The position numbers and the translations under genes were made by a program. A stretch of 64,000 bases of DNA from an uncultured Pseudomonadota bacterium (GTDB lineage: Bacteria > Pseudomonadota > Alphaproteobacteria > Rs-D84): NCBI GenBank assembly GCA_900320405.1, contig OOHM01000002.1, forward strand, positions 236,461-300,460, read 5' to 3'. Of this stretch, positions 39,657 through 51,273 are shown in pieces; within the stretch, counting starts at the first letter, position 1, and every line of letters starts with the position of its first letter. The notes under the pieces are model-generated. The model saw nothing but the letters and a program-made list of their open reading frames with translations. It searched no databases and was not told the DNA's origin.

Positions 39657-40844
39657 ATGGCAAAAGAAAAGTATATAAGAACCAAGCCGCATGTCAATAT
39701 CGGTACAATTGGTCACGTTGACCACGGTAAAACGACATTGACCGCCGCTATTGTTCATTACTATGGCGTTGGTGCGGATGCACAGAAAGGTGTTGACCAA
39801 ATCGATAACGCCCCAGAAGAAAAGGCACGCGGTATAACAATTAATACTGCGCACGTTGAATATGAAACAGAACATCGTCACTATGCGCACGTTGACTGCC
39901 CGGGACACGCGGACTATGTTAAAAATATGATTACCGGTGCGGCCCAGATGGACGGTGCAATTTTGGTGGTTGCGGCAACTGATGGTCCTATGCCCCAGAC
40001 CCGTGAACACATCTTGTTGGCACGTCAGGTCGGTATTCCAAAAATCGTTGTTTATTTGAACAAATGTGATTTGGCAAATGATCCAGAATTGTTGGAATTG
40101 GTCGAAATGGAAATCCGTGAATTGTTGTCTGCAAACGACTTTGACGGTGAAAATGTGCCAATCATCCGTGGTTCTGCGATTTCTGCATTGGAAGGCAAGA
40201 ACGATGGTTTCGGTAAAGAATCTATCGATGCGTTGTTGAAGGCATGTGATGAATACATCCCGATGCCGGAACGCCCGGTTGACAAACCGTTCTTGATGCC
40301 GATAGAAGACGTATTCTCGATCACTGGTCGTGGAACCGTTGTTACGGGTCGTGTCGAAGCCGGTGTTATCAAAGTCGGTGATGAATGCGAAATCGTTGGT
40401 TTGAAACCGACACAAAAAACAACTGTTACCGGTGTTGAAATGTTCCGCAAATTGTTGGATCAAGGTGAAGCCGGTGATAACGTTGGTTTGTTGTTGCGTG
40501 GAACCAAGAAAGAAGAAGTTGAACGTGGTCAAATTATCTGCAAACCGGGTTCTATTACCCCGCACACAGATTTCGAAGCAGAAGTCTATATTTTGACCAA
40601 AGAAGAAGGTGGACGTCACACAGCGTTCTTTAGCAACTATCGTCCTCAGTTCTTCTTTAGCACAACCGACGTAACAGGTACTATCACTTTGCCGGCGGAT
40701 AAAGAAATGGTCTTGCCGGGCGATAACGTTCGTATCACGGTTGCATTGATTGCACCTATTGCTATGGACGAAGGCCGTCGCTTTGCTATCCGTGAAGGCG
40801 GACGCACAGTCGGCGCAGGTGTCGTATCAAAGATTATCAAATAA
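39657..40844 (+). CDS. tuf: Elongation factor Tu
   Basis: 395 aa. '[14 protein letters not shown]'. Confidence 0.95.
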   Translation: MAKEKYIRTKPHVNIGTIGHVDHGKTTLTAAIVHYYGVGADAQKGVDQIDNAPEEKARGITINTAHVEYETEHRHYAHVDCPGHADYVKNMITGAAQMDGAILVVAATDGPMPQTREHILLARQVGIPKIVVYLNKCDLANDPELLELVEMEIRELLSANDFDGENVPIIRGSAISALEGKNDGFGKESIDALLKACDEYIPMPERPVDKPFLMPIEDVFSITGRGTVVTGRVEAGVIKVGDECEIVGLKPTQKTTVTGVEMFRKLLDQGEAGDNVGLLLRGTKKEEVERGQIICKPGSITPHTDFEAEVYILTKEEGGRHTAFFSNYRPQFFFSTTDVTGTITLPADKEMVLPGDNVRITVALIAPIAMDEGRRFAIREGGRTVGAGVVSKIIK

Positions 40845-40925
40845 CAATCGCATCTGTTGGTCGCCCGCGGGAAACCGTTGGGCGGCCGACAAGTGTAACA
40901 GACAATAAAATAAGGGAAACAAGCA

Positions 40926-41237
40926 ATGGTACCAGCATCAAAAATTCGCATCAAATTGACGGCTTTTGACCACAGAATTTTGGTGGAATCAGTGGAGGAG
41001 ATTGTCAAAACTGCTAAGCGCACCGGCGCAGATGTCGTTGGGCCTGTTCGCTTGCCGACATTGATTCAAAAATTTACGGTCAATCGTTCGCCGCACGTTG
41101 ATAAAAAATCGCGTGAACAATTCGAAATTCGCAATCATAAAGCGGTTGTCGATATTGTTAACCCAACCCCTCAGACAGTTGATGCACTGATGAAGTTGGA
41201 TTTGGCATCGGGCGTTGATGTAAAGATAAAATTGTAA
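40926..41237 (+). CDS. rpsJ: 30S ribosomal protein S10
   Basis: '[14 protein letters not shown]' S10. Confidence 0.9.
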   Translation: MVPASKIRIKLTAFDHRILVESVEEIVKTAKRTGADVVGPVRLPTLIQKFTVNRSPHVDKKSREQFEIRNHKAVVDIVNPTPQTVDALMKLDLASGVDVKIKL

Positions 41238-41299
41238 AAGGTTGTTAGCGTTAGTTTATCGGGGATAGGCTAACCTCTGACATAAAAAAAGGCAAAAAA

Positions 41300-42007
41300 A
41301 TGAAACGTAGCGGATTGATTACAACAAAAATGGGAATGACACGTCTGTATGACGATATGGGTGTGGCGCATGCGGTGACGGTTTTGTCCGTCGGGGATTG
41401 CGCGGTTATCGGAAATCGGACAATGGATAAAAATGGTTATGTGGCAAATGTACTTGGCATTCGTGAAGCCAAGGCAAAACACGTCGCCAAACCTCAGGCG
41501 GTTGCGGCGGAAAAGGCGGGTGTAAAGCCATATCGTAAAATTGTGGAATTTCGTGTGTCTGATGACTGTGTTATTCCGGTTGGAACGCCGTTGGTTGCGT
41601 CTCATTTTGTTGCCGGACAATTCGTTGATGTCCAAGCGACAAGCAAGGGTAAGGGATTCCAAGGCGCAATGAAACGTCACAACTTTGGCGGTAAAGAAGC
41701 GACCCACGGTGTGTTAAAGGCGCATCGTTCATTAGGTGGTACGGGTATGCGTGAATGGCCGGGTCGTGTATTAAAAGGTAAAAAGATGTCCGGTCAGATG
41801 GGTAATGAAACCGTGACGGTTCAAAACCTGAAAGTGTTTGGCGTGGACGCGGGTGAAAATCTGATTTTCGTTGAAGGCGCGGTTCCGGGTTGTAATGGAA
41901 CATTTGTTCTGGTTACAGATTCGGTTAAAAAAGAGCACAAAGATTTACCTGTTCCGACATCTGTCAAAGAACCAACAGAAACCAAATCTGAATCTGTTGC
42001 AGAATAG
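41300..42007 (+). CDS. rplC: 50S ribosomal protein L3
   Basis: 'GLITTKMGMTRLYD' L3. Confidence 0.9.
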   Translation: MKRSGLITTKMGMTRLYDDMGVAHAVTVLSVGDCAVIGNRTMDKNGYVANVLGIREAKAKHVAKPQAVAAEKAGVKPYRKIVEFRVSDDCVIPVGTPLVASHFVAGQFVDVQATSKGKGFQGAMKRHNFGGKEATHGVLKAHRSLGGTGMREWPGRVLKGKKMSGQMGNETVTVQNLKVFGVDAGENLIFVEGAVPGCNGTFVLVTDSVKKEHKDLPVPTSVKEPTETKSESVAE

Positions 42008-42032
42008 GTTTTGAAAATTAAGGTGAAACACT

Positions 42033-42656
42033 ATGCAAGTAAATGTTATAAATTTTGATGGCAAAGCGGTCGGCAAGATTGATTTGCAAGATTCTATTTT
42101 TGGTTTGGATGCACGTGCGGATATTCTGCATCGTGTTGTGACATGGCAACGCGCCAAGGCACGCGCAGGCACACACGCGGTGAAAACCGTTTCTGATGTC
42201 GCCGGCAGTGGTAAAAAGGCGTTCAAACAAAAGAAAACCGGTAACGCACGTCAAGGTGAACGTTATAATGTTCATATGCGTGGTGGTGGTGTTGTTCATG
42301 GACCGGTTGTCCGTGACCACAGCATCGATTTGCCGAAAAAGATTCGTAGTCTGGGGCTTAAAATGGCACTTTCTTCGAAATTGAAAGAAGACAGTTTAAT
42401 CGTTATTGATTCGGAAAAACTGTCTGCGGCAAAAACGGGCGTGTTCGCGAAACAATTGAAGAAATTGAATATCGCATCTGCGTTGTTCGTCGGTGGCGAC
42501 ACTTTGGATGAAAATTTCAAGAAATCTGCATCTAATATTGTGAATATAGATGTTTTGCCAACGGTTGGGTTAAATGTGTTGGATATCTTGAAACACGAAA
42601 AATTGGTTTTGACGGCGGATGCAGTCAAGGCTATCGAAGCACGCCTGGCGGCGTAA
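42033..42656 (+). CDS. rplD: 50S ribosomal protein L4
   Basis: L4 pattern 'KQKKTGNARQG'. Confidence 0.9.
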   Translation: MQVNVINFDGKAVGKIDLQDSIFGLDARADILHRVVTWQRAKARAGTHAVKTVSDVAGSGKKAFKQKKTGNARQGERYNVHMRGGGVVHGPVVRDHSIDLPKKIRSLGLKMALSSKLKEDSLIVIDSEKLSAAKTGVFAKQLKKLNIASALFVGGDTLDENFKKSASNIVNIDVLPTVGLNVLDILKHEKLVLTADAVKAIEARLAA

Positions 42657-42687
42657 TGTCAATCGGTTTGAATAAAAGGTCAAAGAT

Positions 42688-43020
42688 ATGGCAGAAAAGA
42701 AAGTTAAGATGGAAAAGAAACCAGTTGTAACGGCCGGTCTTTATGATGTGCTGCGTTGCCCAATCGTTTCCGAAAAGGCGGTAAAGTTATCAGAAGCGGG
42801 CTCGGTTGCTTTTGAAGTCGATGCACGTGCAACCAAAGAAGATGTTGCGCGCGCGGTTCAGGCGATATACGGTGTTAAACCCACCAAGGTGAACATCGTT
42901 GTTGTCAAAGGTAAGGTCAAACAATTCCGTGGTCGTGGCAGTGGGGCACAACGCACAGTTAAAAAGGCGTATGTTTCTTTGCCGGCGGATGCGAAATTGG
43001 ATTTGGCGACAAATATATAA
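42688..43020 (+). CDS. rplW: 50S ribosomal protein L23
   Basis: 'YDVLRCPIVSEKA' L23. Confidence 0.9.
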   Translation: MAEKKVKMEKKPVVTAGLYDVLRCPIVSEKAVKLSEAGSVAFEVDARATKEDVARAVQAIYGVKPTKVNIVVVKGKVKQFRGRGSGAQRTVKKAYVSLPADAKLDLATNI

Positions 43021-43090
43021 CATTAATGCCCCCGGCAGAGAATCTGGATGTTCTGGACGTTAGTGTCGGGGTGAAAAAAGGATAGAAGAA

Positions 43091-43924
<834 letters not shown>

Positions 43925-43943
43925 AATAGGTTAGGAGTTATAA

Positions 43944-44225
43944 ATGTCTCGTTCAGTTTGGAAAGGTCCGTATGTTCATCCATCTATCTTGAAAAAGGTA
44001 GCGGTGGCAAATGAAAAAAATGATCACAAACCAATTAAAACTTGGTCCCGGGGCAGCACCATCGTCCCGCCAATGGTTGGTTTGACATTTGAAGTTCACA
44101 ATGGTAATAAATTTATCCCCGTGTCAATTGTAGAAGATATGGTTGGTCACAAATTGGGTGAATTTGCGCCAACACGTACTTTCAAAGGCCACGCGGCGAA
44201 TAAGAAGGCGGCAGCAGGTAAATAA
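43944..44225 (+). CDS. rpsS: 30S ribosomal protein S19
   Basis: '[11 protein letters not shown]' S19. Confidence 0.95.
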   Translation: MSRSVWKGPYVHPSILKKVAVANEKNDHKPIKTWSRGSTIVPPMVGLTFEVHNGNKFIPVSIVEDMVGHKLGEFAPTRTFKGHAANKKAAAGK

Positions 44226-44240
44226 TAAAAGGTGTAGATT

Positions 44241-44657
44241 ATGACAAGATATGGAATAAAAGATAATCAAGTTCGTGCGTTCAATAAAATGATACGCGTC
44301 AGCCACCAGAAATTAAACCTGGTTTGTGCCATGGTTCGTGGTTTGCCGGTTGATCGTGCGGTTGATGTGTTGAAGTTTTCAAAGAAACGCGTTGCGGGTG
44401 AAGTTTTGAAAACTTTGCTGTCTGCAATTGCGAATGCGGAACATAATAAGAATTTGCCGGTTGATACTTTGTTCATCAAAGAAATTTGGTGTGGCAAGGC
44501 ATTGACAATGAAGCGCATTATGCCGGGACCACGTGGCAGTGCCCGTCCGATTTTGAAACCATTTTCTAATTTGACGATTGTTTTGGAATCTGGGGCGGCC
44601 CCGAAAAAGAAAGAACCGGCAAAAAAGAAAGAAACAAAAAAAGAAACTAAAAAATAA
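44241..44657 (+). CDS. rplV: 50S ribosomal protein L22 (with Lys-rich C-terminal tail)
   Basis: L22 core. C-terminus 'KKKEPAKKKETKKETKK'. Confidence 0.9.
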   Translation: MTRYGIKDNQVRAFNKMIRVSHQKLNLVCAMVRGLPVDRAVDVLKFSKKRVAGEVLKTLLSAIANAEHNKNLPVDTLFIKEIWCGKALTMKRIMPGPRGSARPILKPFSNLTIVLESGAAPKKKEPAKKKETKKETKK

Positions 44658-44744
44658 AAGAACCGTGTTGGGTGGTATGGGGGTGACCCCGGAATAAAAC
44701 CGTTTGGTTTCAAGAACACTCTGCACAAAACGTAAGGAAAAAAA

Positions 44745-45446
44745 ATGGGACAGAAAGTATCGCCAATTGCACAGCGTTTGTCTATCAATAAAATCCCGGA
44801 TTCCCGTTGGATTGTTGATAAAAAACACTATGCAGAATATCTGGCAGAAGATAATACGATTCGTAAATTTATCGAAAAGAAACTGAAAAAGGCCGGTGTG
44901 GCAAAGATTGTTATTGACCGTATCGCGAAAAAAGTCGTTGTCACGGTTCATACATCACGCCCGGGTATGATTATTGGTAAAAATGGCGCGGATATCGAAG
45001 CATTGCGTAACGATATTAAAAAATTGGTTCATAATGACCAGGTTGTCGTTAATATTTACGAGGTTCGTCGTCCAGATTTGAATGCACAATTGGTTGCCCA
45101 AGGCATTGCTCAACAAATTGAAGGTCGTGTTTCATATAAGCGCGCAATGAAAAAGGCGATTCAAAACGCCCAAAAGGCGGGTGCCCAAGGTGTCAAGATT
45201 ATGTGCAGTGGCCGACTGAACGGTGCGGAAATTGCGCGCAGTGAACAGATTCGTGAAGGTCGTATCCCATTGCATACTTTGCGTGCAGATATTGACTATG
45301 CCGCGGTTCAGGCCAAGACCACATACGGTGTCGTTGGGGTCAAGGTTTGGATTTACACCGGTGATGTCGTGAACAAGGAAAAGTTGGCGTCGGAAATGGC
45401 ACGTCCCACGGAATACGCCGGCACAAGCGATAGAAGAACAAAGTAA
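44745..45446 (+). CDS. rpsC: 30S ribosomal protein S3
   Basis: 'MGQKVSPIAQRL' S3. Confidence 0.95.
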   Translation: MGQKVSPIAQRLSINKIPDSRWIVDKKHYAEYLAEDNTIRKFIEKKLKKAGVAKIVIDRIAKKVVVTVHTSRPGMIIGKNGADIEALRNDIKKLVHNDQVVVNIYEVRRPDLNAQLVAQGIAQQIEGRVSYKRAMKKAIQNAQKAGAQGVKIMCSGRLNGAEIARSEQIREGRIPLHTLRADIDYAAVQAKTTYGVVGVKVWIYTGDVVNKEKLASEMARPTEYAGTSDRRTK

Positions 45447-45471
45447 TTCTTAGAAAGTTGAGGTTTGTATC

Positions 45472-45885
45472 ATGTTAATGCCAAATAAGACAAAATTTCG
45501 CAAACAGCACAAAGGCCGCATCCATGGCGTCGCCAAGGGTGGCAGTGAATTAGCGTTCGGTTCGTTTGGGCTTAAGGCTATGTCGCCTGAACGTATTACT
45601 GCGCGTCAAATCGAGGCCGCGCGTCGTGCAATCACCCGTCGTATGAGACGTATGGGTAAACTGTGGATTCGTGTTTTCCCGGATGTTCCGGTCACCGCGA
45701 AACCGGCCCAGGTTCGTATGGGTAAAGGTAAAGGTGCGGTTGAATACTGGATTTGCCGTGTTAAACCGGGTCGTATAATCTTTGAATTGGACGGTGTTAA
45801 ACCGGATGTCGCCATGGAAGCGTTCGCGTTGGCGGCCGCCAAGTTGCCGGTCAAAACCAAAGTTGTTGAACGTAAAGTTAACTAA
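45472..45885 (+). CDS. rplP: 50S ribosomal protein L16
   Basis: '[11 protein letters not shown]' L16. Confidence 0.95.
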   Translation: MLMPNKTKFRKQHKGRIHGVAKGGSELAFGSFGLKAMSPERITARQIEAARRAITRRMRRMGKLWIRVFPDVPVTAKPAQVRMGKGKGAVEYWICRVKPGRIIFELDGVKPDVAMEAFALAAAKLPVKTKVVERKVN

Positions 45886-45898
45886 TAAGGTGACAGAT

Positions 45899-46084
45899 AT
45901 GGCAGAAAAGAAAACAGAATCTTTGAAGAAAGAAGAATTGCAAAGCAAATTGGTTGATTTGAAAAAAGAACAAATGAATCAACGCTTTCAACACGCCGCG
46001 GGTCAATTACCTAAAACACATGTTTTGCGTAAAACCCGTCGCGAAATTGCGCGCGTGAAAACAAAATTGAACGCGGCACAGTAA
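45899..46084 (+). CDS. rpmC: 50S ribosomal protein L29
   Basis: Start at MAEKK within the longer ORF. 61 aa. L29 helical pattern. Confidence 0.85.
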   Translation: MAEKKTESLKKEELQSKLVDLKKEQMNQRFQHAAGQLPKTHVLRKTRREIARVKTKLNAAQ

Positions 46085-46177
46085 AATTACCGATTTTGGT
46101 TGCGATTTCCAAATTTTTGGTTATCATATACCAGGTTGGCCAGATGTAAACAAGAATAGTATATAAGGAATAAGGTT

Positions 46178-46447
46178 ATGCCAAGACGTATACTGCAAGG
46201 GACAGTTAGAAGTACCGCAAATGACAAGACGGTTGTTGTAGAAGTTGAACGCCGTTTCCGTCACCCGTTGTACGGAAAATTTGTTAAGCAGAACAAAAAA
46301 TACAAGGCGCACGATGAAGACAACAAATATAAAGTTGGCGACATTGTTGCGATTGAAGAACATCGTCCGATATCTAAAACCAAATCTTGGATTGTCAAGG
46401 GATTGGTTGGGGTATCCAAAGACAACGATGTGGAAGTAGCAGACTAA
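46178..46447 (+). CDS. rpsQ: 30S ribosomal protein S17
   Basis: '[18 protein letters not shown]' S17. Confidence 0.9.
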   Translation: MPRRILQGTVRSTANDKTVVVEVERRFRHPLYGKFVKQNKKYKAHDEDNKYKVGDIVAIEEHRPISKTKSWIVKGLVGVSKDNDVEVAD

Positions 46448-46563
46448 AAGTAAATCAACCCAGGGGCCTTTGAGGAAGTGTTGGTCTTCGTGACGGATGC
46501 TTCAGTCGGGTCCCATAACAAAGCGATGGGGAAACGCCCCATTCGCAGGACGAGGATAAGGTT

Positions 46564-46938
46564 ATGATTCAAAATGAAACAGTTATGACGGTTGCAGACA
46601 ACAGTGGTGCACGTAAAGCAATGTGCATCAAGGTTTTGGGTGGTTCACACCGCCGCTATGCCACCGTTGGTGATAAAATTGTTGTTGCCATCAAAGAAGC
46701 GATTCCGCGTGGTAAAGTTCAAAAGGGAACCGTTCAACGTGCGATTATCGTTCGTACGAAATTCCCAATCAAACGTGCGGATGGTTCGATAATTCGATTC
46801 GATGACAACGCGGTCGTTCTTATTAACAAGAACAACTTTGAACCGATTGGCACACGTATCTTTGGACCGATTGCACGTGAAGTTCGTCGCAAATATGATG
46901 TTCAAAAGATTGTGTCTTTGGCACCGGAAGTATTATAA
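46564..46938 (+). CDS. rplN: 50S ribosomal protein L14
   Basis: '[16 protein letters not shown]' L14. Confidence 0.95.
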   Translation: MIQNETVMTVADNSGARKAMCIKVLGGSHRRYATVGDKIVVAIKEAIPRGKVQKGTVQRAIIVRTKFPIKRADGSIIRFDDNAVVLINKNNFEPIGTRIFGPIAREVRRKYDVQKIVSLAPEVL

Positions 46939-46953
46939 CAAAAGGCGTGTAAA

Positions 46954-47256
46954 ATGAAAATTAAAAAAGGCGATGAAGTCGTAGTTATTTCGGGAAAATA
47001 CAAAGGCGTCAAAGGTGCGGTATTAGAAGCGCGCCCGACGGAATCCCGTGTCGTTGTTGCAGGGGTCAATCGTCACAAATGGCATGTGAAACCAACCCAG
47101 AACGAGGCGGGTCATATCGTTGATCGCGAGGCCCCGATTCATGTGTCTAATGTTGCGTTGGTCGATCCAAAAACCAAAAAACCAACCCGCGTTGGATACA
47201 AGGTTGAAAAAGGTAAAAAGGTTCGCGTTGCCAAAAAGTCTGGCACGGAATTGTAA
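46954..47256 (+). CDS. rplX: 50S ribosomal protein L24
   Basis: '[18 protein letters not shown]' KOW domain. Confidence 0.9.
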   Translation: MKIKKGDEVVVISGKYKGVKGAVLEARPTESRVVVAGVNRHKWHVKPTQNEAGHIVDREAPIHVSNVALVDPKTKKPTRVGYKVEKGKKVRVAKKSGTEL

Positions 47257-47296
47257 AAAAACATCCCGCTGTTACGGGAAATAAAAGGAAAAAGAA

Positions 47297-47842
47297 ATGC
47301 AAAGCAGATTGCGCGAAATTTATGAAAAAGAAATTGTTCCTGAATTGGTCAAAGAATTTGGGTACAAGAATATGTTGGCGGTGCCAAAATTGTCTAAAAT
47401 CGTTTTGAATATGGGCGTTGGCGAAGCCGTTTCGGATAAAAAGAAATTGGATGCGGCGGTCACAGATTTGACGGCGATTGCGGCGCAAAAACCAATTGTG
47501 ACACATGCGAAAAAGTCTATTGCGACATACCGTTTGCGTGAAGGCCAGGCGATTGGTACCAAGGTGACATTGCGTGGCAAACGTATGTATGATTTCTTGG
47601 ACAAATTGATTACGGTTGCGTTGCCGCGTGTTAAAGACTTTCGTGGTTTGTCGAAATCTAAATTTGATGGTCGTGGAAACTATGCGTTCGGTATCAAAGA
47701 ACATTTGATATTCCCGGAAATTTCCATTGATAAAATCGATTCTATCCGCGGTATGGATATCGTGATTGCCACAACCGCAAAAACAGATGATGAAGCGCGT
47801 GCATTGCTGACCAAAATCGGCCTGCCGTTGGTATTGAAATAA
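47297..47842 (+). CDS. rplE: 50S ribosomal protein L5
   Basis: L5 pattern '[13 protein letters not shown]'. Confidence 0.95.
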   Translation: MQSRLREIYEKEIVPELVKEFGYKNMLAVPKLSKIVLNMGVGEAVSDKKKLDAAVTDLTAIAAQKPIVTHAKKSIATYRLREGQAIGTKVTLRGKRMYDFLDKLITVALPRVKDFRGLSKSKFDGRGNYAFGIKEHLIFPEISIDKIDSIRGMDIVIATTAKTDDEARALLTKIGLPLVLK

Positions 47843-47856
47843 TAAAAGGGACAAAA

Positions 47857-48159
47857 ATGGCTAAATTGGCGTTGATAAATAAACAAGAAAGACGTAAAAA
47901 ATTGGTTGCCCAGTATGCAAAAAAGCGTGCCGCAATCAAAGAAAAAATGTCTGTAAACGCGACACCGGAAGAACGCAAGGAAGCAATGCTGAAATTGGCA
48001 AAGTTGCCGCGTAATTCTAACCCGACGCGTTTGCACAATCGTTGTTCGGTGACGGGTCGTGCGCGTGGTTATTCACGTATGTTCGGTCTGTGCCGCCAAC
48101 AGGTTCGTACCCAGGCATCCGAAGGTAAATTGCCGGGTGTTCGTAAATCCAGTTGGTAA
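47857..48159 (+). CDS. rpsN: 30S ribosomal protein S14
   Basis: Long-form S14 'NRCSVTGRARGYSRMFGLCR'. Confidence 0.9.
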   Translation: MAKLALINKQERRKKLVAQYAKKRAAIKEKMSVNATPEERKEAMLKLAKLPRNSNPTRLHNRCSVTGRARGYSRMFGLCRQQVRTQASEGKLPGVRKSSW

Positions 48160-48216
48160 ACAATTAAAAATAATGCCGATTGTGGACAATGCAGTCGGTT
48201 AAAATAGGAGTAAAAG

Positions 48217-48615
48217 ATGTCATTATCACACCCGATTGGGGATATGGTTGCCCGCATTCGCAATGGTCAAAACGCGGGTAAAGAAACAATTACCGTTCCA
48301 AACAGCAAATTGCGTGCCGCAGTTTTGTCTGTGTTAAAGGAAGAAGGTTTTATCGAAGATTTTCAAAAACAAGAAATTGACGAACATCGCTCTAATTTGG
48401 TCGTCACATTGAAATATGTTGGTGGTAATGGTGCCATCCAAGATATATCTGTGGTGTCAAAACCGGGTCGTCGTGTTTATTCTGGGTCGGCCAAGATGCC
48501 GCGTGTTTTGAATGGGTTGGGTGTTGCGATTGTGTCAACCCCGCATGGTGTTATGACGGATCACAAGGCGCGTTTGATGAATGTCGGCGGTGAAGTCTTG
48601 TGCAAGGTTATCTAA
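48217..48615 (+). CDS. rpsH: 30S ribosomal protein S8
   Basis: 'DMVARIRNGQNAGKE' S8. Confidence 0.95.
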   Translation: MSLSHPIGDMVARIRNGQNAGKETITVPNSKLRAAVLSVLKEEGFIEDFQKQEIDEHRSNLVVTLKYVGGNGAIQDISVVSKPGRRVYSGSAKMPRVLNGLGVAIVSTPHGVMTDHKARLMNVGGEVLCKVI

Positions 48616-48635
48616 TAAAAATAAGGATGTAAGTT

Positions 48636-49187
48636 ATGTCTCGTGCAGGAAAATATCCAGTTAAATTAAGCGATGGTGTGGTTGCATCAATCGCAGATGG
48701 TCAATTGGTCGTCAAAGGACCCAAGGGCGAATTGACGGTTCCATTAAACACCAAAAATGCCCATTTGGTTGATATCAAGGTTGAAGGCGCCGAAGTATCG
48801 GTTGAACCGAAAAACGCCGATGATAAAGATTCACGCGCAATGTGGGGAACAATGACACGCAATATTCGCAATGCGGTCGAAGGCGTGACCAAAGGTTTTT
48901 CCAAGGCCATGTATATGAAAGGTGTTGGTTACAAGGCATCGGTCAGCGGCAAAAAATTCACTTTGGTTGTCGGTTTTTCGCATGATGTTGTTATGGAAAT
49001 TCCAGATGGTTTGACCGTGACAATGGGTGATACCCCAACAGAATTTACCATCAGTGGTAATGACAAATGTGCGGTTGGTTTGTTTGCGGATAAAATTCAT
49101 AAAATTCGCAAAATGGATCCGTACAAGGCCAAAGGTATTTTCTATAAGGGCGAAAAAGTTCGTCGCAAAGAAGGTAAAAAGAAATAA
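48636..49187 (+). CDS. rplF: 50S ribosomal protein L6
   Basis: 'MSRAGKYPVKL' L6. Confidence 0.95.
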   Translation: MSRAGKYPVKLSDGVVASIADGQLVVKGPKGELTVPLNTKNAHLVDIKVEGAEVSVEPKNADDKDSRAMWGTMTRNIRNAVEGVTKGFSKAMYMKGVGYKASVSGKKFTLVVGFSHDVVMEIPDGLTVTMGDTPTEFTISGNDKCAVGLFADKIHKIRKMDPYKAKGIFYKGEKVRRKEGKKK

Positions 49188-49233
49188 TAAATAAATTTCC
49201 GCTGTTACGGAAATTGGAAAAAAGGAAAAACAA

Positions 49234-49590
49234 ATGTTGAAACATTTATCTACAGAGGAAAGACGCAAATTGGTCACACGCGTTGCGTTGAAAAAGAAAA
49301 ACCCGGGCAAAATTCGTCTGTCGGTTTTCCGCAGTGGTCGTCACATTGAAATCCAGGCTATTGATGATGTCAAAGGACACACAATCTGTGCGGCATCGTC
49401 CAAGGAAAAAGATTTCAAAGGCAAAGGTTGGAATATTGCCGGTGCCGAATTGGTTGGTAAAGCGTTCGCAGAACGCGCCGTCAAAGCGAAAATTGCAGAC
49501 AAATGCTATTTTGACCGCGGTGGCTATCGTTATCATGGTCGCGTCAAGGCACTGTGCGAAGCAATTCGTGCGGGTGGCGTTCGGATATAA
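49234..49590 (+). CDS. rplR: 50S ribosomal protein L18
   Basis: L18 pattern '[17 protein letters not shown]'. Confidence 0.9.
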   Translation: MLKHLSTEERRKLVTRVALKKKNPGKIRLSVFRSGRHIEIQAIDDVKGHTICAASSKEKDFKGKGWNIAGAELVGKAFAERAVKAKIADKCYFDRGGYRYHGRVKALCEAIRAGGVRI

Positions 49591-49621
49591 AACAACATTA
49601 TAAGAATATACGGAGAATATA

Positions 49622-50179
49622 ATGGCACGTTTTGATGATAAAAAATTACAGACAGATAATTTGGTAGATAAACTTGTTTCTGTCAATCGCGTTTCTAAAA
49701 CTGTGAAGGGCGGTAAAAATATGTCTTTCTCGGCTTTGGTCGTCGTTGGTGACAAGGCCGGCAAAGTCGGTTTTGGTAAAGGCAAGGCATTGGAAGTTCA
49801 ATCCGCTGTACAAAAGGCAACCAAGGCCGCCAAGGCAAAAATGATTCGCGTCCCGTTGAAAGAAGGCCGTACGCTGCATCACGATGTCGCGGTGAAATAT
49901 GGCGCCAGTAAGTTGGTTTTACGCAGTGCGGTTCCCGGTACCGGTATTATCGCGGGTGGTGCGCTTCGTGCGGTGTTCGATTGCCTGGGGGTACAAGATG
50001 TCGTTGTGAAATCCCAAGGTGCAAACAACCCGAACAATATGATTCGCGCGGTATTTTTGGCATTTTCGAAAATGAATTCACCGAAAACGGTCGCGGCGCG
50101 TCGTGGTAAAACGGTTGCAGAAATCATCGCCGGCCGTGATGGTAAGAAAGTCGAAGAATCAACAACGGAAGACAAATAA
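49622..50179 (+). CDS. rpsE: 30S ribosomal protein S5
   Basis: '[26 protein letters not shown]' S5. Confidence 0.95.
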   Translation: MARFDDKKLQTDNLVDKLVSVNRVSKTVKGGKNMSFSALVVVGDKAGKVGFGKGKALEVQSAVQKATKAAKAKMIRVPLKEGRTLHHDVAVKYGASKLVLRSAVPGTGIIAGGALRAVFDCLGVQDVVVKSQGANNPNNMIRAVFLAFSKMNSPKTVAARRGKTVAEIIAGRDGKKVEESTTEDK

Positions 50180-50185
50180 TAAAAG

Positions 50186-50377
50186 GTGATTGTTATGGCA
50201 AAAAAAATAATTGTAAAACAAATCAAAAGCGTTATCGGTCGTCCGGAAACACAACGTCGCACTTTGGCCGCGTTAGGTCTGGGTCGTATTGGTAAAACCG
50301 CGGAATTGGATGATAATGCATCTGTTCGTGGTATGATTGCCAAGGTTTCCCATTTGGTTAACATTGTGGAAAAATAA
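50186..50377 (+). CDS. rpmD: 50S ribosomal protein L30
   Basis: '[23 protein letters not shown]' L30. Confidence 0.9.
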   Translation: MIVMAKKIIVKQIKSVIGRPETQRRTLAALGLGRIGKTAELDDNASVRGMIAKVSHLVNIVEK

Positions 50378-50379
50378 AA

Positions 50380-50709
50380 ATGGCAAATTCGAATAAAAAA
50401 GATTATGTTGCACGTTTGAATATGGCCGATGTGGTACATGAACATCGTGTTTTTGATGTTTTTGTTAAGGTTGCCAAAATGTATCCAGATTTGGCGCCGG
50501 CTCTGTTCAATAAATATGTCGATTTTATTCTGAATAACAACAAAAGTGTTCTGGGTTACGCATTGGATAAACAACAATCGGTCGCAGAACGCATCGCAAA
50601 CGAAAATATCGGTTATTTTATCGGAAATTGTGAAAAGTTTGACGAACGCAAGTTCTTGTTCCAAATTTATCCGACAACATATCATCCGGTATTGGGTAGA
50701 GAGTTTTAA
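50380..50709 (+). CDS. Hypothetical 109-aa protein inserted in the spc operon between rpmD and rplO
   Basis: ATG 2 nt after the rpmD stop. No r-protein homology. Followed by small hairpins (tgcgga...tccgca; aactatatagtt). Confidence 0.45.
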   Translation: MANSNKKDYVARLNMADVVHEHRVFDVFVKVAKMYPDLAPALFNKYVDFILNNNKSVLGYALDKQQSVAERIANENIGYFIGNCEKFDERKFLFQIYPTTYHPVLGREF

Positions 50710-50780
50710 TAAATAAACCGAGTGTGCGGATACTTGTCCGCATGCGCAAACGAACTATATAGTTCATAGGAGTAAAAGAA

Positions 50781-51239
50781 ATGAAATTGAATGCTTTGAT
50801 GGATAATTTGGGTGCACGCGCGGGTATTAAACGCGTTGGTCGTGGTATGGCGTCGGGTTATGGTAAAACCGCCGGTCGTGGTACCAAGGGTCAAAAGGCA
50901 CGTGCGGGTTCACGTAAACAGGCAACTTTCCAAGGTGGTCAGATGCCGATTTTGCGTCGTTTCCCGAAATACGGTTTTACAAATCCGTTTGCAAAACGTT
51001 ATGCGACAATCAATTTAGGCGATATTGAAAAATTTATCGCATCGGGCAAAATTGATGCCAAAAAAGAAATCAATTTGGATTCTTTGATGGATGCAAAAAT
51101 TTTGAATCGCGCAATGTCGGGGTTGAAAGTTTTGGCCAAAGGCGAAATCAAAACCGCGGTGAACATTGTTGCCGACAAATGGTCCAAGGCCGCAGAAGCC
51201 GCAATTGTCAAGGCCGGTGGCAGTATCAAAAACAAATAA
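50781..51239 (+). CDS. rplO: 50S ribosomal protein L15
   Basis: 'RVGRGMASGYGKTAGRGTKGQKAR' L15. Confidence 0.95.
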   Translation: MKLNALMDNLGARAGIKRVGRGMASGYGKTAGRGTKGQKARAGSRKQATFQGGQMPILRRFPKYGFTNPFAKRYATINLGDIEKFIASGKIDAKKEINLDSLMDAKILNRAMSGLKVLAKGEIKTAVNIVADKWSKAAEAAIVKAGGSIKNK

Positions 51240-51273
51240 TTGCACAGGGAATTAAAACAAGAGAGACGGCGCC

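Noticed and set aside
38499-40619. Long minus-strand ORFs (38499-38981, 39612-40619) inside fusA/tuf. Similar antisense ORFs lie in other r-protein genes (44379-44951, 47147-47854, 49879-50685, 52646-53161).
   Set aside because: They lie entirely antisense to highly conserved genes and have low-complexity translations. These are typical shadow ORFs.
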